A stretch of 64,000 nucleotides of DNA. Source: Malacoraja senta. Taxonomy: Eukaryota. Positions within the stretch are counted from its first letter, which is position 1, and the number at the start of each line of letters is the position of its first letter. The notes under the pieces are model-generated. The model made no database searches. It worked only from the letters and a program-made list of their open reading frames with translations, and had not been told where the DNA came from. A program made the translations under genes and the position numbers. Below are positions 24,661 through 36,012 of this stretch, piece by piece. Location: NCBI GenBank assembly GCA_038087875.1, contig CM075992.1, positions 6,512,001 through 6,576,000 of the forward strand, written 5' to 3'.

Positions 24661-26539
24661 CCTTCCGTCTCCTTACTGCAGTTTCTGCCACCTGTTCCCT
24701 TGTGATAATTACTTTCAAAAATGATTCTCAATTCACTACTAAGCATTTTTAAAAGCATGCAAAATTGATTCTGTCGGTAGTTTTCTCCAAGGCACCATTA
24801 TCTCGGTTACATGAATGCAGGAAATTCTACAATCTAACACGGTGCTAGATTTAACTTCAACTTTGCAGTAACTATACAGGTGATCACATTTCTGTGCACG
24901 TCTGCACCAAGTTGTTGGATTAACCTGGTCATGATATTTAATAGTTGTTGACAAGGCAGCTGTGTATCTCAAACAAATGCAGCTCAATAACTTTTTTTAT
25001 TGCCGCTTGCCAAATCAAACAATATTAATAATCATTTATGCAGTAGCTTCAACAAGGAAAATGTAGGAACTTGGGAAGTGCATTGTGAAATAAACTTTGA
25101 GGCGAGTCACATTAAGGGAAGGTAGACAAAAATGCTAGAGAAACTCAGCAGGTGAGGCAGCATCTATGGAGCGAAGGAAATAGGCAACGTTTCGGGCCGA
25201 AACCCTTCTTCAGACTGATGTGAGGGTGTGCGTGTGGGGGGGGGGGGGGGGGGGGGGGGAAGAAGGATAAAGACTTGGGCAGCCAAAGGTTTGGTTAAAG
25301 AGAGAAGGTTTGAGGAGAGGAGAGAGTTCGAGAGGCAGGGAAGGCCAGAACAAAAATCTCACAGCTTAGATGTTAGGTGCTTGAAAGGATAATGGTGAGA
25401 CACAATTAAATTCATGACGTCAGGAAGACTGGATGGTTGGAGATCTGAAGGAGCGTCAACAGACAGGGAATTTAACTCAAGGAGGCGAGGTTTAACATCA
25501 TAGCATTCCTGGACCAGGAGGCAGTGGTGAGAACATTGAATATAGAATAGTGCAGCACAGGAACAGGCCCTTCGGCCCTCAATGTCCATGCCAAATACTA
25601 TGCCAAGTTAAAGTGAAAATGGCACAGTGGGCGTCGCAGTGGCATAGCAGTAGAGCTGCTGCCTTACAGTGCCAAAGCCAATTAACCTACAAACCTGCAT
25701 GTCTTTGGAGTGTGGGAGGAAACCAGAGCACCCGGAGAAAACCCACATGGTCACAGGGAGAACGTGCAAAATCCTTACAGACAGCACCGGTAGTCAGAAT
25801 GGATCCAGGCTCTCTGGCGCTGTGAGGCAGCAACTCTACCGCTGCGCCACCGTGCCGCCCTGCTTGCAAATTCGTCTCCCACTGGTTGCTTCTGCCACAC
25901 TTTGCTCAAGGTGTGTAGACTCAAATACAAACGCCCTGCAGTTGCTCCAATTAATGTCACCATCCATCTCCGAGTGATCTTGCTGATAGCTGATAGACAC
26001 AAAGTGTCGGAGTAGCTCAGCGGGTCAGGCAGCATCGCTGGAGAAATGGAATCGGTGACATTTAGGGTCGAGACCCTTCAGCAGAGTGGTAGCTGGCTTG
26101 GGGAGTGCTTCTGAAAGCCCTTTTGTTCGTTCGAGGGCATTCCTGTTGTACGTTAAAATAACTCCTGCTCCAGAGAGCATAGGTTCAAGGTGAGAGGGGC
26201 AACATATAACGGAGGTGTGCAGTGCAAGTTTTATTACTCTGAGGGTGGTGAGTCCCTGAACATCCTGCCAGGGGTGGTGGTGGTGGTGGAGGCAGATATG
26301 ATGTTGGCATTAAAGAGGCATTTAGATAGGGACATTCAGAGAATGAAGGGTTATGGATCACGTGCAGACAAAGGAGATGCAAGGAACTGCAGAGGCTGGT
26401 TTAAAGATACTAAGTGCTGGAGTAACTCAGTGAGTCAGACAGTTTCAGGTCTTGACTCTGGTCAGATTGGTTGAGGGGATTTGAATATCTTGCCATCTTG
26501 CTTGGCATGGTTAGGTTGAGGTTAGGTTAGGTTAGGTAA

Positions 26540-27370
26540 GGGGGAGGTGCAGCGAGACCTGGGCGTCCTTGTACACCAGTCACTGAAAGTTGGCGTGCAG
26601 GTACAGCAGGCAGTGAAGAAAGCTAATGGAATGTTGGCCTTCATAACAAGAGGATTTCAGTATAGGAGTAGAGAGGTTCTTCTGCAGTTGTATAGGGCTC
26701 TGGTGAGACCACATCTGGAGTATTGTGTACAGTTTTGGTCTCCTAATTTGAGGAAGGACATCCTTGTGATTGAGGCAGTGCAGCGTAGGTTCACGAGATT
26801 GATCCCTGGGATGGCAGGACTGTCATATGAGGAAAGATTGAAAAGACTAGGTACACAAAAATGCTGGAGAAACTCAGCGGGTGCAGCAGCATCTATGGAG
26901 CGAAGGAAATAGGCAACGTTTCGGGCCGAAACCCTTCTTCAGACTAGGCTTGTATTCGCTGGAGTTTAGAAGGATGAGGGGATATCTTATAGAAACATAT
27001 AAAATTATAAAAGGACTGGGCAAACTAGATGCATGAAAAATGTTGGGAGAGTCCAGAACCAGGGGGCAACAGTCTTAGAATAAAGGGGAGGCCATTTAAG
27101 ACTGAGGTGAGAAAACACTTTTTCACCCAGAGAGTTGTGAATTTGTGGAATTCCCCGCCACGGAGGGCAGTGGAGGCCAAATCACTGGATGGATTTATGA
27201 GAGAGTTAGATAGAGCTCTAGGGGCTAGTGGTATCAAGGGATATGGGGAGAAGGCAGGCACGGGTTATTGATTGGGGACGATCAGCCATGATCACAATGA
27301 ATGGCGGTGCTGGCTCGAAGGGCCGAATGGCCTCCTCCTGGACCTATTTACTATGTTTCTATGTTTCTAT
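26540..27370 (+). mobile_element. CR1 LINE 3' fragment with a Penelope terminal-repeat insert (26852-26940)
   Basis: VQRDLGVLVHQSLKV...[19 protein letters not shown]; insert flanked by AGACTAGG (26844-26851, 26941-26948). Confidence 0.9.
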
Positions 27371-28229
27371 GGTCATTGCTCACAAGTTCTAGGAGCAGAC
27401 TTAGGCCATTCGGCCCATCAAGTTTATGCCGCCATTCAATCATGGCTGGTCTATCTATCTTTCCCTCTCAACCCCATTCTCCTGCCTTCTCCCCATAACC
27501 CCTGACACCCGGGCTAATCTGTAAAATCTCCACCAAATAAATATCCATTGACTTGGCCCCCACAGCCGTCTGTGGCAATGAATTCCACAGATTCACCACC
27601 CTCTGACTAAAGAGATTCCTCCTCATCTGTTTCCTGAAGTTACGTCCTTTTATTGAGAGAGCCATTATTGTGGGCGAAAGCGCCTGTTCCTGTGCTGTAA
27701 TGGTCGCTGCTCAGCACATTGCTGTTGTATGCTTAAGATCCTGCCTCTTATAATCCAGCCTGGCTTCACAATACAGACGCTGGTGAGACAGGGGATACAG
27801 GAGTCACACTGGGTATTAACTCACAACCCTCAATCCCAGGTACATTAAAGTACCCATCCCCCAACCACCATCAGGTTGACTCCGTGGTGCAGCAGGTGGA
27901 GACAGTGGGACAGTCGCAGTGACCCAAGTCAATCCAGTCCTCTGCTGCTGTCTGCGCGGAGTCTGCGCGTTCTCCCTGTGACCGCAGTGGGTTTCCTCCG
28001 GGCGCTCCGGTTCCCACCCACATCCGAAGATGTACGCGCAGGAAGGAACCGCAAGTGCTGGTTTTACACTGCGGATAGACACAAAATGCTGGAGTAACTC
28101 AGCAGGACAGCCAGCCAGCGTCTCTGGAGAAAAGGAATAGGTGTCGTTTCGGGGCTGAGGCATTTCTTCAGACCGCTTGAAGAAGGGTCTCGCCCCGAAA
28201 GATCACCTATTCCTTTTCTCCCCAAAGAT

Positions 28230-28625
28230 GTATGGGTTGGTTGGTCCAATTGCCCAAAGTGTGTGGGTGAGTGGTGACTCTGCCTCATGGAATCAGCTCT
28301 CCCCCAGTTTCCCTTCTCCATCCGTCTCTCCCCTTCGCACTCGTGGGAGCTGACACCACTGTCCACTGGTGGGGTGGGTAGTGGTCCTCTGCCACTCCAT
28401 CTCATCACCCACACCCAACCATTGTTCACCGGCACAGCCCAGCCCCAGATAATCCCAAAAGCCCAAGGGGAATGTGACAGCACCAAGTCTCATCCGCTTT
28501 ACAGAGAGAGACCAGATAGTTCAAACCAAGCCCCAGCAGGGTAATCCCCACTCACTCACTCACCCACAACCAGCCACTTTCCTTGCATTCGATAACTAAT
28601 GGAAGCAATGTCACAGTCTGATAGT
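28230..28625. promoter_or_regulatory. Candidate intron-1 erythroid enhancer (GATA + CACCC cluster)
   Basis: AGATAA 28447, AGATAG 28514, CGATAA 28590, TGATAG 28619, KLF-type CCACACCC 28409, GGGGTGGG 28371 in non-repeat sequence. Motif evidence only. Confidence 0.4.
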
Positions 28626-28629
28626 GTGC

Positions 28630-28941
28630 TCACTGTGTACACATACACCCCCTGTACAAATACACATTGTACATGCACAATACACACACTATATAGACAC
28701 CATGTACACACACACCCCTCTATACAAACACACACACACGCTATACACACACATCACATACACACACACCACACACACCCCACTATACAAACACACCATA
28801 TATTCACACACACACACCACACACGCTGTACAAACACACCACACACATTCATCACACACACACACTCACTATACAACACACCACGTACAACACACACCCC
28901 ACACACACTCAGCAAATACACCACACACGAACAGTGACACA

Positions 28942-28972
<31 letters not shown>

Positions 28973-29702
28973 ACAGAGTGAGACACACACACACACAGTG
29001 ACACGCACACATTGACACGCACAGAGACACGCATAGACAGAAATACACACACACACGCACACACACAGACACACACAGACACACGCACACACGCACAGAC
29101 ATACGCAGACACGCACACACACAGACACACACACAGACACACACACACAGACACACACACACAGACACACACAGACACACACAGACACAGACACACGCAC
29201 ACACGCACAGACATACGCAGACACGCACACACACAGACACACACAGACACACACACACACAGACACACACACAGACACACACAGAGACACACACACACAG
29301 AGACACACACACACAGAGACACACACACACAGAGACACACACACACAGAGACACACACACACACACACAGACACACACACACACAGACACACACACACAC
29401 AGACACACACACACACACAGTGACACACACACACAGAGACACACACACAGACACAGGCACAGAGACACACACACACACAGAGATACACACAGACACACAC
29501 ACATTGACACACACACACACAGACACCGCACACACACAGACACACACACACACACAGACACACACACACACACAGACACACACACACACACACAGACACA
29601 CACAGACACATACACGCAGTGACACAGACACACACGCACACACACAGACACCGCACACACACAGACACACACAGACACATACACGCAGTGACACAGACAC
29701 AC
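28630..29702. repeat. ~1.07 kb compound (CA)n/(CAGA)n microsatellite
   Basis: Directly visible; produces the Cys/Val and His/Thr ORFs in the track. Confidence 0.97.
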
Positions 29703-29984
29703 AGCGCTGTCACCCACAGCCCGTGGGAGCCGCCACTGAAGCGGGACAACCTTGCCCTCCAGTACACACCTCCAGCTTCACGCCGCAGCCTCCAACCCTG
29801 CAATCCGTGCCTGAGCAGGGCTGCGGAACACGACAAGCAACCTGCGTCTCCCATCCACTCTGACCCAAGTACAACAGCAGCGCCGGGCGGTGAGGACCCC
29901 ATCCAGCCCACCCCAGCCAAGTGCCCCCATGTCCTCTCCACGTCCCGGGACCAGCCTCCTGCAGTTGGGGGGAAAACTCCCTAC

Positions 29985-30071
29985 CTTAATGATCTCGTCC
30001 TGTTTCTCCTGGAAGTTGATGGGGTTGGCGAATGAGCTGATGGAAGGCAGGACTGTTTCTGCAAGGGCCAT
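29985..30071 (-). CDS. klf1: First coding exon (29 codons) of a Kruppel-like factor of the KLF1/2/4/17 group; best match KLF1 (EKLF), alternative KLF17
   Basis: Translates MALAETVLPSISSFANPINFQEKQDEIIK, the MAxx(E/D)xxLPS(I/F)S(T/S)F N-terminus of KLF1/2/4/17. From memory it is colinear with human KLF1 exon 1 (MATAETALPSIST...FPDTQDDFLK, also 29 codons, phase 0). Strong Kozak context (actATGG) and donor AAG|GTAGGG at 29984. Family call is firm; the paralog is not settled without later exons or synteny. Confidence 0.8.
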
Positions 30072-30360
30072 AGTAATTCCAGGCTAGCCCCGCCGCTCAC
30101 TCACTTTAACTTCTCAGTCTCTAACAGGTTGCCTCTACTTTACCAAATGTTCAACAGGGACTCGACTCCTCCCTCATTAATATTCATACCGGTGATTGAC
30201 ATGCAAATTATGAACTGAATATTCATGTGAGAGGGCGGGGCCTCGGAGTTATGAAATTGATGAGTCTCCAAACTTTTTGTGGAGTAAATAAAAACAGTTT
30301 GAAAGTTTTTGAAGTCGGTCCTAAGTTTGCCACAGGTCGCAGTTTGCTGAGACCAGCGAA
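30072..30360 (-). promoter_or_regulatory. 5'UTR and proximal promoter of the KLF gene
   Basis: Non-repetitive sequence directly upstream of the ATG. TATA-like ATATTAAT (~30176-30183), CAAT-like (30192-30199), perfect octamer ATGCAAAT (30201-30208), palindromic TGAATATTCA (30216-30225), GC box GGGCGGGG (30233-30240). Confidence 0.65.
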
Positions 30361-30393
30361 CCACAGGTTATTGAGCACACAGTATAATGTTGC

Positions 30394-31012
30394 AGGAAGG
30401 AACTGCAGATGCTGGTTTAAATCCAAGGTAGACACAAAATGCTGGAGTAACTCAGCGGGACAGGCAGCATCTCTGGAGAGAAGGGATGGGTATCGTTTGG
30501 GGTCGAGACCCTTCTTCAGACTGATGTCAGGGGAGTAGGCGGTTCACAGAACAGGTTGTTATGGCAGATGTATAGGAAGGAACTGCAGATGCTGGTTTAC
30601 ACCGAAGATAGACACAAAACTGCTGGAGTTACTCAGCGGGACAGGCAGCATCTCTGGAGAGAAGGGATGGGTATCGTTTGGGGTCGAGACCCTTCTTCAG
30701 ACTGATGTCAGGGGAGTAGGCGGTTCACAGAACAGGTTGTTATGGCAGATGTATAGGAAGGAACTGCAGATGCTGGTTTACACCGAAGATAGACACAAAA
30801 CGCTGGAGTTACTCAGCGGGACAGGCAGCATCTCTGGAGAGAAGGTGACGTTTTCTGATCGAGACCGTTTCTTCAGACTCGTGATACAAAGAAGGGTCCC
30901 GACCCGAAACGTTGCCTATTTCTTTTCTCCAGAGATGCTGCCCGACCCGCTGAGTTACTCCAGCATTTTGTGTCACTCTTCGGTGTGAATCAGCATCTGC
31001 AGTTCCTTCCCA
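30394..31012. repeat. Penelope-derived terminal repeats: ~180-bp tandem units ending in an inverted pair
   Basis: aggaaggaactgcagatgctgg starts at 30394, 30574 and 30755; the last unit is mirrored by an inverted copy ending ~31010. Confidence 0.85.
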
Positions 31013-31725
31013 CACATAGAACAGAGGAGGATGACTGAACTTTGGTGCCTTCCCTCACAGTGGGAAAACTTTGATTCCGCTGTGTGGGGATGTTTATGTT
31101 AAAGACTATTGTGTTCTGTGCTCCTTTTTTTAAATTCTTACGGCTGTATGGTGACCCCAAATGTCATTGTACCAATTGGTGCAAGTGGCAATAAATGTCT
31201 CTTGTCTTGTCTTGTCTTGAACAGTACGGCACAGTGACAGGCCATTCGGCCCACAATATCCTTTCCGAACATGGTGCCATGTTAAACTAATAGAACATAG
31301 AGCAGTACAGTACAGGAACGGGCCCTTCGGCCCACAATGTGATGCCATTAAATTAATCTCCTCAGCCTGCATATGATCCATATTCATTCTTCCCCTCTCA
31401 CCTTAAAGCTATGCCTTGTAGTCTTTGACATTTCCATCCTGAGCAAAAGGCTCTGACTGTCCACCCTATCTACGCTTCTCATAAAGTTACAAACTTCTGA
31501 CAGGTGGAACTCTGACGTTCAAGAGAAAACAACCCAAGCTTGTCCTATCTCTGCTTGTAGCCCAGAGCTGACGTTTCAGGTCGAAAAGTTAGAAACAAGA
31601 ATTTTTTTAAGGTGTAGCCAGGAGGGGGAGGACAGAAAACTAGAGAATAAGCTAAAAGCAGGAGATTTGAATTAACTATTGCAATGGAGAGTGGCTGGTA
31701 ATGGGACAAGTAAAGAGAAATAAGT

Positions 31726-32145
31726 AGGAAGGAACTGCAGATGCTGGTTTACACCACAGATAGACACAAAATGCTGGAGTAACTCAGCGGGACAGGCAGC
31801 ACCTCTGGAGAGAAGGAATGGGTGATGTTTCAGGTCGAGACCCTTCTATCCATTCCTTCTCTCCAGAGATGCTGCCAGACCCAGTGGGTTACTCCAGCAC
31901 TTTGTGTCTTACTTGAAATTATGCCCCATTGACACCTTCCCATCAGCCAACAATGAACCATGTTACATTTCCTTGACATTGTCTGCTTTCATCTGTCATT
32001 TTTACACCTTACCCTTCCATTTCTCTAGTCTTCCCCTCCCCTGACTCTCTGTCTGAAGAGGGGTCTCGACCCGAAACGTCACCCATCCCTTCTCTCCAGG
32101 GATGCTGCCTGTCCTGCTGAGTTACCCCAGCATTCTGCATCCATC
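31726..32145. mobile_element. Penelope-derived insertion with 15-bp flanking duplication
   Basis: TAAAGAGAAATAAGT at 31711-31725; second copy split as 32146-32155 + 33221-33225 by the Helitron. Confidence 0.75.
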
Positions 32146-32155
32146 TAAAGAGAAA

Positions 32156-33220
32156 CTAGGCTAAGTGGGACCCGTTGGGCTGGTCCCCCAACACAATATT
32201 CCACCTCTCCACCAATTCCAATATTGGTGGCCAGTGGGGGGGGGGGGGTCTGGAGCGCTAGTATGGGTGTTGTGGGCCGAAGGGACTGGTTTCTAAAGGG
32301 CTAGTATGGACATTGTGGGCCGAATGGATTCTTGGACTGGCAGCTCAGTCACTCAGGCCTGGTGGGCTGGCAGCTCAGTCACTCAGGGCTGGTGGGCTGG
32401 CAGCTCAGTTACTCAGGGCTGGTGGGCTGGCAGATCAGTCATTCAGGGCTGGTGGGCTGGCAGTTCACACGGCTATTCCTGGAAATTCCATTTCAAGCCG
32501 AGTGCAGGCCACCAAATTCAATTTCATAGCATTTCAAGCAGAGTGCAGGCCACCAAATTCAATTTCATAGCATTTCAAGCAGAGTGCAGGCCACCAAATT
32601 CAATTTCATAGCATTTAAAGCAGAGTGCAGGCCACCGAATTCAACTTCAAAGCATTTCAAGCAGAGTGCAGGCCACCAAATTCAATTTCATAGCATTCCA
32701 AGCAGAGTGCAGGCCACCAAATTCAATTTCATAGCATTTCAAGCAGAGTGCAGACCACCAAATTCAATTTCATAGCATTTCAAGCAGAGTGCAGGCCACC
32801 AAATTGCCAAACAACTCATAGCATTGTCTAACAAATCATTTATTGCAAGTACATTGCAGACTCACAGTTCAGTTGATTCACAGCTTAGAATCACAGTTGT
32901 GGACTGCCCCTCGTGATCTTCCAGAGTGACTGACTCATGTCCAGGCATCCGGGGTTTTATAGTCCTACACCCCTGGAAGGGGCGTTACCTTCATCGTGGT
33001 GATTGACAGGCGAGAGGACCAATCAGCTGATATCAAGATTTTTAAAACACTCATAACTTTTTTATTTTTCATCGATCGGAAAAATCCTCGGGGCTGCCTC
33101 AGCGGAGGAGGACTGTGAGTAAGATGGACAAAAATCATAGCGATATATGGTAGCTTTTTTCTAAAATCAATATACAGCGAAGACGGGAAGTGGTCAAGAT
33201 GAGGCTTTTAGTTATATAGC
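32156..33220 (-). mobile_element. Non-autonomous Helitron, copy A
   Basis: Minus strand begins (g)CTATATAACTAAAA and ends ...CCCAACGGGTCCCACTTAGC-CTAG; inserted between A and T with no TSD; homologous to 52297-53344. Confidence 0.8.
32330..32805. repeat. Minisatellites inside Helitron A: 30-bp unit (~4 copies) then 41-bp unit (~8 copies)
   Basis: gggctggtgggctggcagctcagtcactca and caagcagagtgcaggccaccaaattcaatttcatagcattt repeated head to tail without spacers. Confidence 0.95.
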
Positions 33221-33589
33221 TAAGTCATTGACCCAAACCGTTAACTCTGCCTCTCTCTGTGCAGAAAGCCACTAGAATTTCCAAAACTTTTCCACATTGT
33301 CTGTTTTCATTGACAAGATGTTGTTGCTGTTTCTTTCTTCTTGGCTGCTCTCCTTCACACACATGTATCTCCCCCCACCCCACTCCCAGCCTCTGAGCAC
33401 CTGACCTTTGACTCCCACGCCCTTTGAACCCTCAACTCCCTCGCCCCTCCCATTTCCATCCATCTGATTCTATTCTTGTAGCCCAACGACCTCTAATGAC
33501 CCCTGCCTTTGGTTTTGCAAAATTCCCTTCATTTTCCTTTCTCAACCTCTTTGAGGGTATTGTCTATGGAACTGGTGCACTTCTATTGT

Positions 33590-34455
33590 TTTAGTTTAGA
33601 GATACAGCGTGGAAACAGGCCCTTTGACCCACCGAGTCCACACCGCCCAGCGATCACCCGTACAATAGTTCTATCCTACACACAAGCTACAATTTTTTTA
33701 GACAGAAGCCAATTAATCTACAAACCTGCGCGTCTTTGGGATGTGGAAGGAAACAGAAAATCCACGTGGTCACAGGGAGAACGTGCAAACTCCACATAGA
33801 CAGCACCCGTAGTCATGTTCGTGTGGGGTTTGCACTTTCTCCCAGTGTCCGCGTGGTTTTCCTCCGGGTGCCCCGGTTTCCCCCCACATCCCAAAGACGT
33901 GTGGATTTGTAGGTTAATTGGCCCTCTGTAAATTGTCCCCTTGTGTGAAGGGAGTGGATGAGAAAGCGGGATAACGTAGAACTAATGTGGACGGGTGATC
34001 GATGGTCGGTCTGGGCCTGGTGGGTTGAAGGCCCTGGTTCAGAGCTGTATCTCTAAACTGAACTAAACTAAACTAAACTAAACTTTGAGGGCAGCACGGC
34101 GGTAGAGTTGCTGCTTTACAGCGGCAGAGACCCGGGTTCGATCCTGACCATGGGTGCTGTCTGTACAGAGTTTGTACCTTCTCTCCATGACCTGTGTCGA
34201 TTTTTTCCGAGTTCTTTGGTTTCCAAAGACGTACGGGTTTGTAGGTTAATTGGCTTGGTATTAATGTAATTTCCCCCTAGTGTGTGTAGGATAGTGCTAG
34301 TGTACGGGGATCGCTGGTCGGTGCGGACTTGGTGGGTTGAAGGCCTTGGTTCCCTGCTGTATCTCTAAACTAAACTAAACCAAACTAAATGAAATTCAAT
34401 TCAATTAAACTAAACTAAATTCAATTCAATTCAATTCAATTCAATTAAACTAAAC
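33590..34455. mobile_element. Cluster of three HE1-type SINEs (-, +, +) with (CTAAA)n/(CAATT)n tails
   Basis: Approx. 33590-33812 minus, 33815-34085 plus, 34088-34455 plus. Confidence 0.8.
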
Positions 34456-34954
34456 AAGTGCTACAGGTCCATTGGAAGATCACCACTGCAGGTTCCCTCC
34501 ATGTCCCACACCTTGCTGACTTGGAAAAACTTTGCTATCACTGGTTCTGAACATTAGAACGCCCTCCTCAACGGCACTCGGGGAACCTTCCCACGAGAGT
34601 AGACTAACAGTTCAAGAAAATACCCCCTCCCTCCTAACCATCACCTTCTCAATGGCAATAGAGGCCCCGTCAATGTGCCCAGATCTTAGTAATGAGCTAA
34701 AAATGCTCTGCACACATACACACACCCTCTCTGCGTACCCACCCTCGCCCTCATGCTCACTGCTGATAATGTCCTGAGAACACACGGCAGATGTGAGGTC
34801 AAGTCCCTTCTCCACAACGCTGGCCTCCTGACACCAGACATACCTGCAGTCAGATTGGTGCTCAGGTGCATGTCTGGTCTCAGGTGAGGTGCTGTGTGTC
34901 TGCTGCCCAACTCCTGATGTTGCTGCCTTAACATGAGCAACATTAGTGATTACG

Positions 34955-35225
34955 TTTGTGTGTGCACACGTGTGTGTGTGTATGTGTGCACGTGGGAGTA
35001 TATACATGTGTGTGTGTATGTTCGTGCACATGTGTGTGCGTGTGATTCTGCAACTATGTTTGTGTGTGTGTGTGTGCACGTTTGTGTATACATGTGCATT
35101 CATGCATGTGTTCTGTGTGCGCATTTATGTGTATATGTGTCTGTATGGGGGTGGGGGCGTGTGTCTGTGTGTGCATGTGTGTGTGTGTGTATGTGATCAT
35201 GTGTGTGAATGTGTAATACACATGT
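34955..35225. repeat. Degenerate (TG)n microsatellite
   Basis: Directly visible. Confidence 0.9.
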
Positions 35226-35645
35226 AAAAATTGTCCCGTATAAAATTGTCCAACTTCCAGCATAGTCCCTGGTGGACCCTTCAGAAGGTACAAGGTGCAG
35301 AGTACTAGGTACCTATAACCCACTGTACTTTTATATGACAATCATCTCTGAAGATGCTAACTGACCTTTTGGGTTTTTAAAACATATTCTGTTTTATTTA
35401 ATGACCTTTGTTTTGATCGTTTTCAGCCTGCTCTAAAAGTCTGGAGATGTGGAGTGGATGTTTCCACTAGTGGGAGAGTCTAGGACCAGAGGCCACAGCC
35501 TCAGAATAAGAGGACGTTCCTTTAGAAAGGAGATGAGGAGGAATTTATTTCGTCAGAGGGTGGTGAATCTGTGGAATTCATTGCCTGTGGAGGCCAAGTC
35601 AATGGATATTTTTATGGTGCAAATTGACAGATTCTTCATTAGTTA

Positions 35646-36012
35646 AGGGCCTGTCCCACGAGCATGCGACTCCATGCGGCAAGCGCAACCTAACGTGGTC
35701 GCTTGAGCCGTACGGCCTCGCGGGGCCGGTCCCACTTCGATCGCCGGAGCCGTATGGAGTTGTGCGGAGCTGGTCCCGGCATCGCGCGGGGCTCCGAAAA
35801 ACTGACCGTGTTCAAATCTTCCGCGCGGCAACGGCCTGCCGGCCCGCAGCCACCTCGACGCCGTACGCACCGCCTCGACGCCGTACGTCACGCGCGAACT
35901 TCCCGCGGACTTCGCTCGAACTTCACGTCACTCACTCGACCTCCGCGCGGCCCCCGCTTCCGGTTTGGTCGCGCTTGCCGCGTGGAGGTCGCACGCTCGA
36001 GGGACAGGCCCT
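35646..36012. mobile_element. PIF/Harbinger-like MITE (GC-rich interior) inside a CR1 3' fragment (~35445-36160)
   Basis: AGGGCCTGTCCCACGAGCATGCGAC ... GTCGCACGCTCGAGGGACAGGCCCT; flanks TTA / TAA. Confidence 0.85.

Noticed and set aside
26508..26540. (TTAGG)n telomere-like run; similar degenerate run at 44278-44322
   Set aside because: Only a few imperfect units and not the vertebrate TTAGGG; treated as simple repeats at element junctions.
28556..29941. Long Cys/Val- and His/Thr-rich ORFs (up to 395 aa)
   Set aside because: Translations of the CA/TG microsatellite.
29778..29984. ORF continuation after ...QDEIIK (VGSFPPNC...)
   Set aside because: Read-through past the GT donor; similarity to KLF ends at the splice site.
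32494..32805. 41-bp repeats resembling a CRISPR array
   Set aside because: Head-to-tail units with no unique spacers, no cas genes, eukaryotic context; a minisatellite inside a Helitron.
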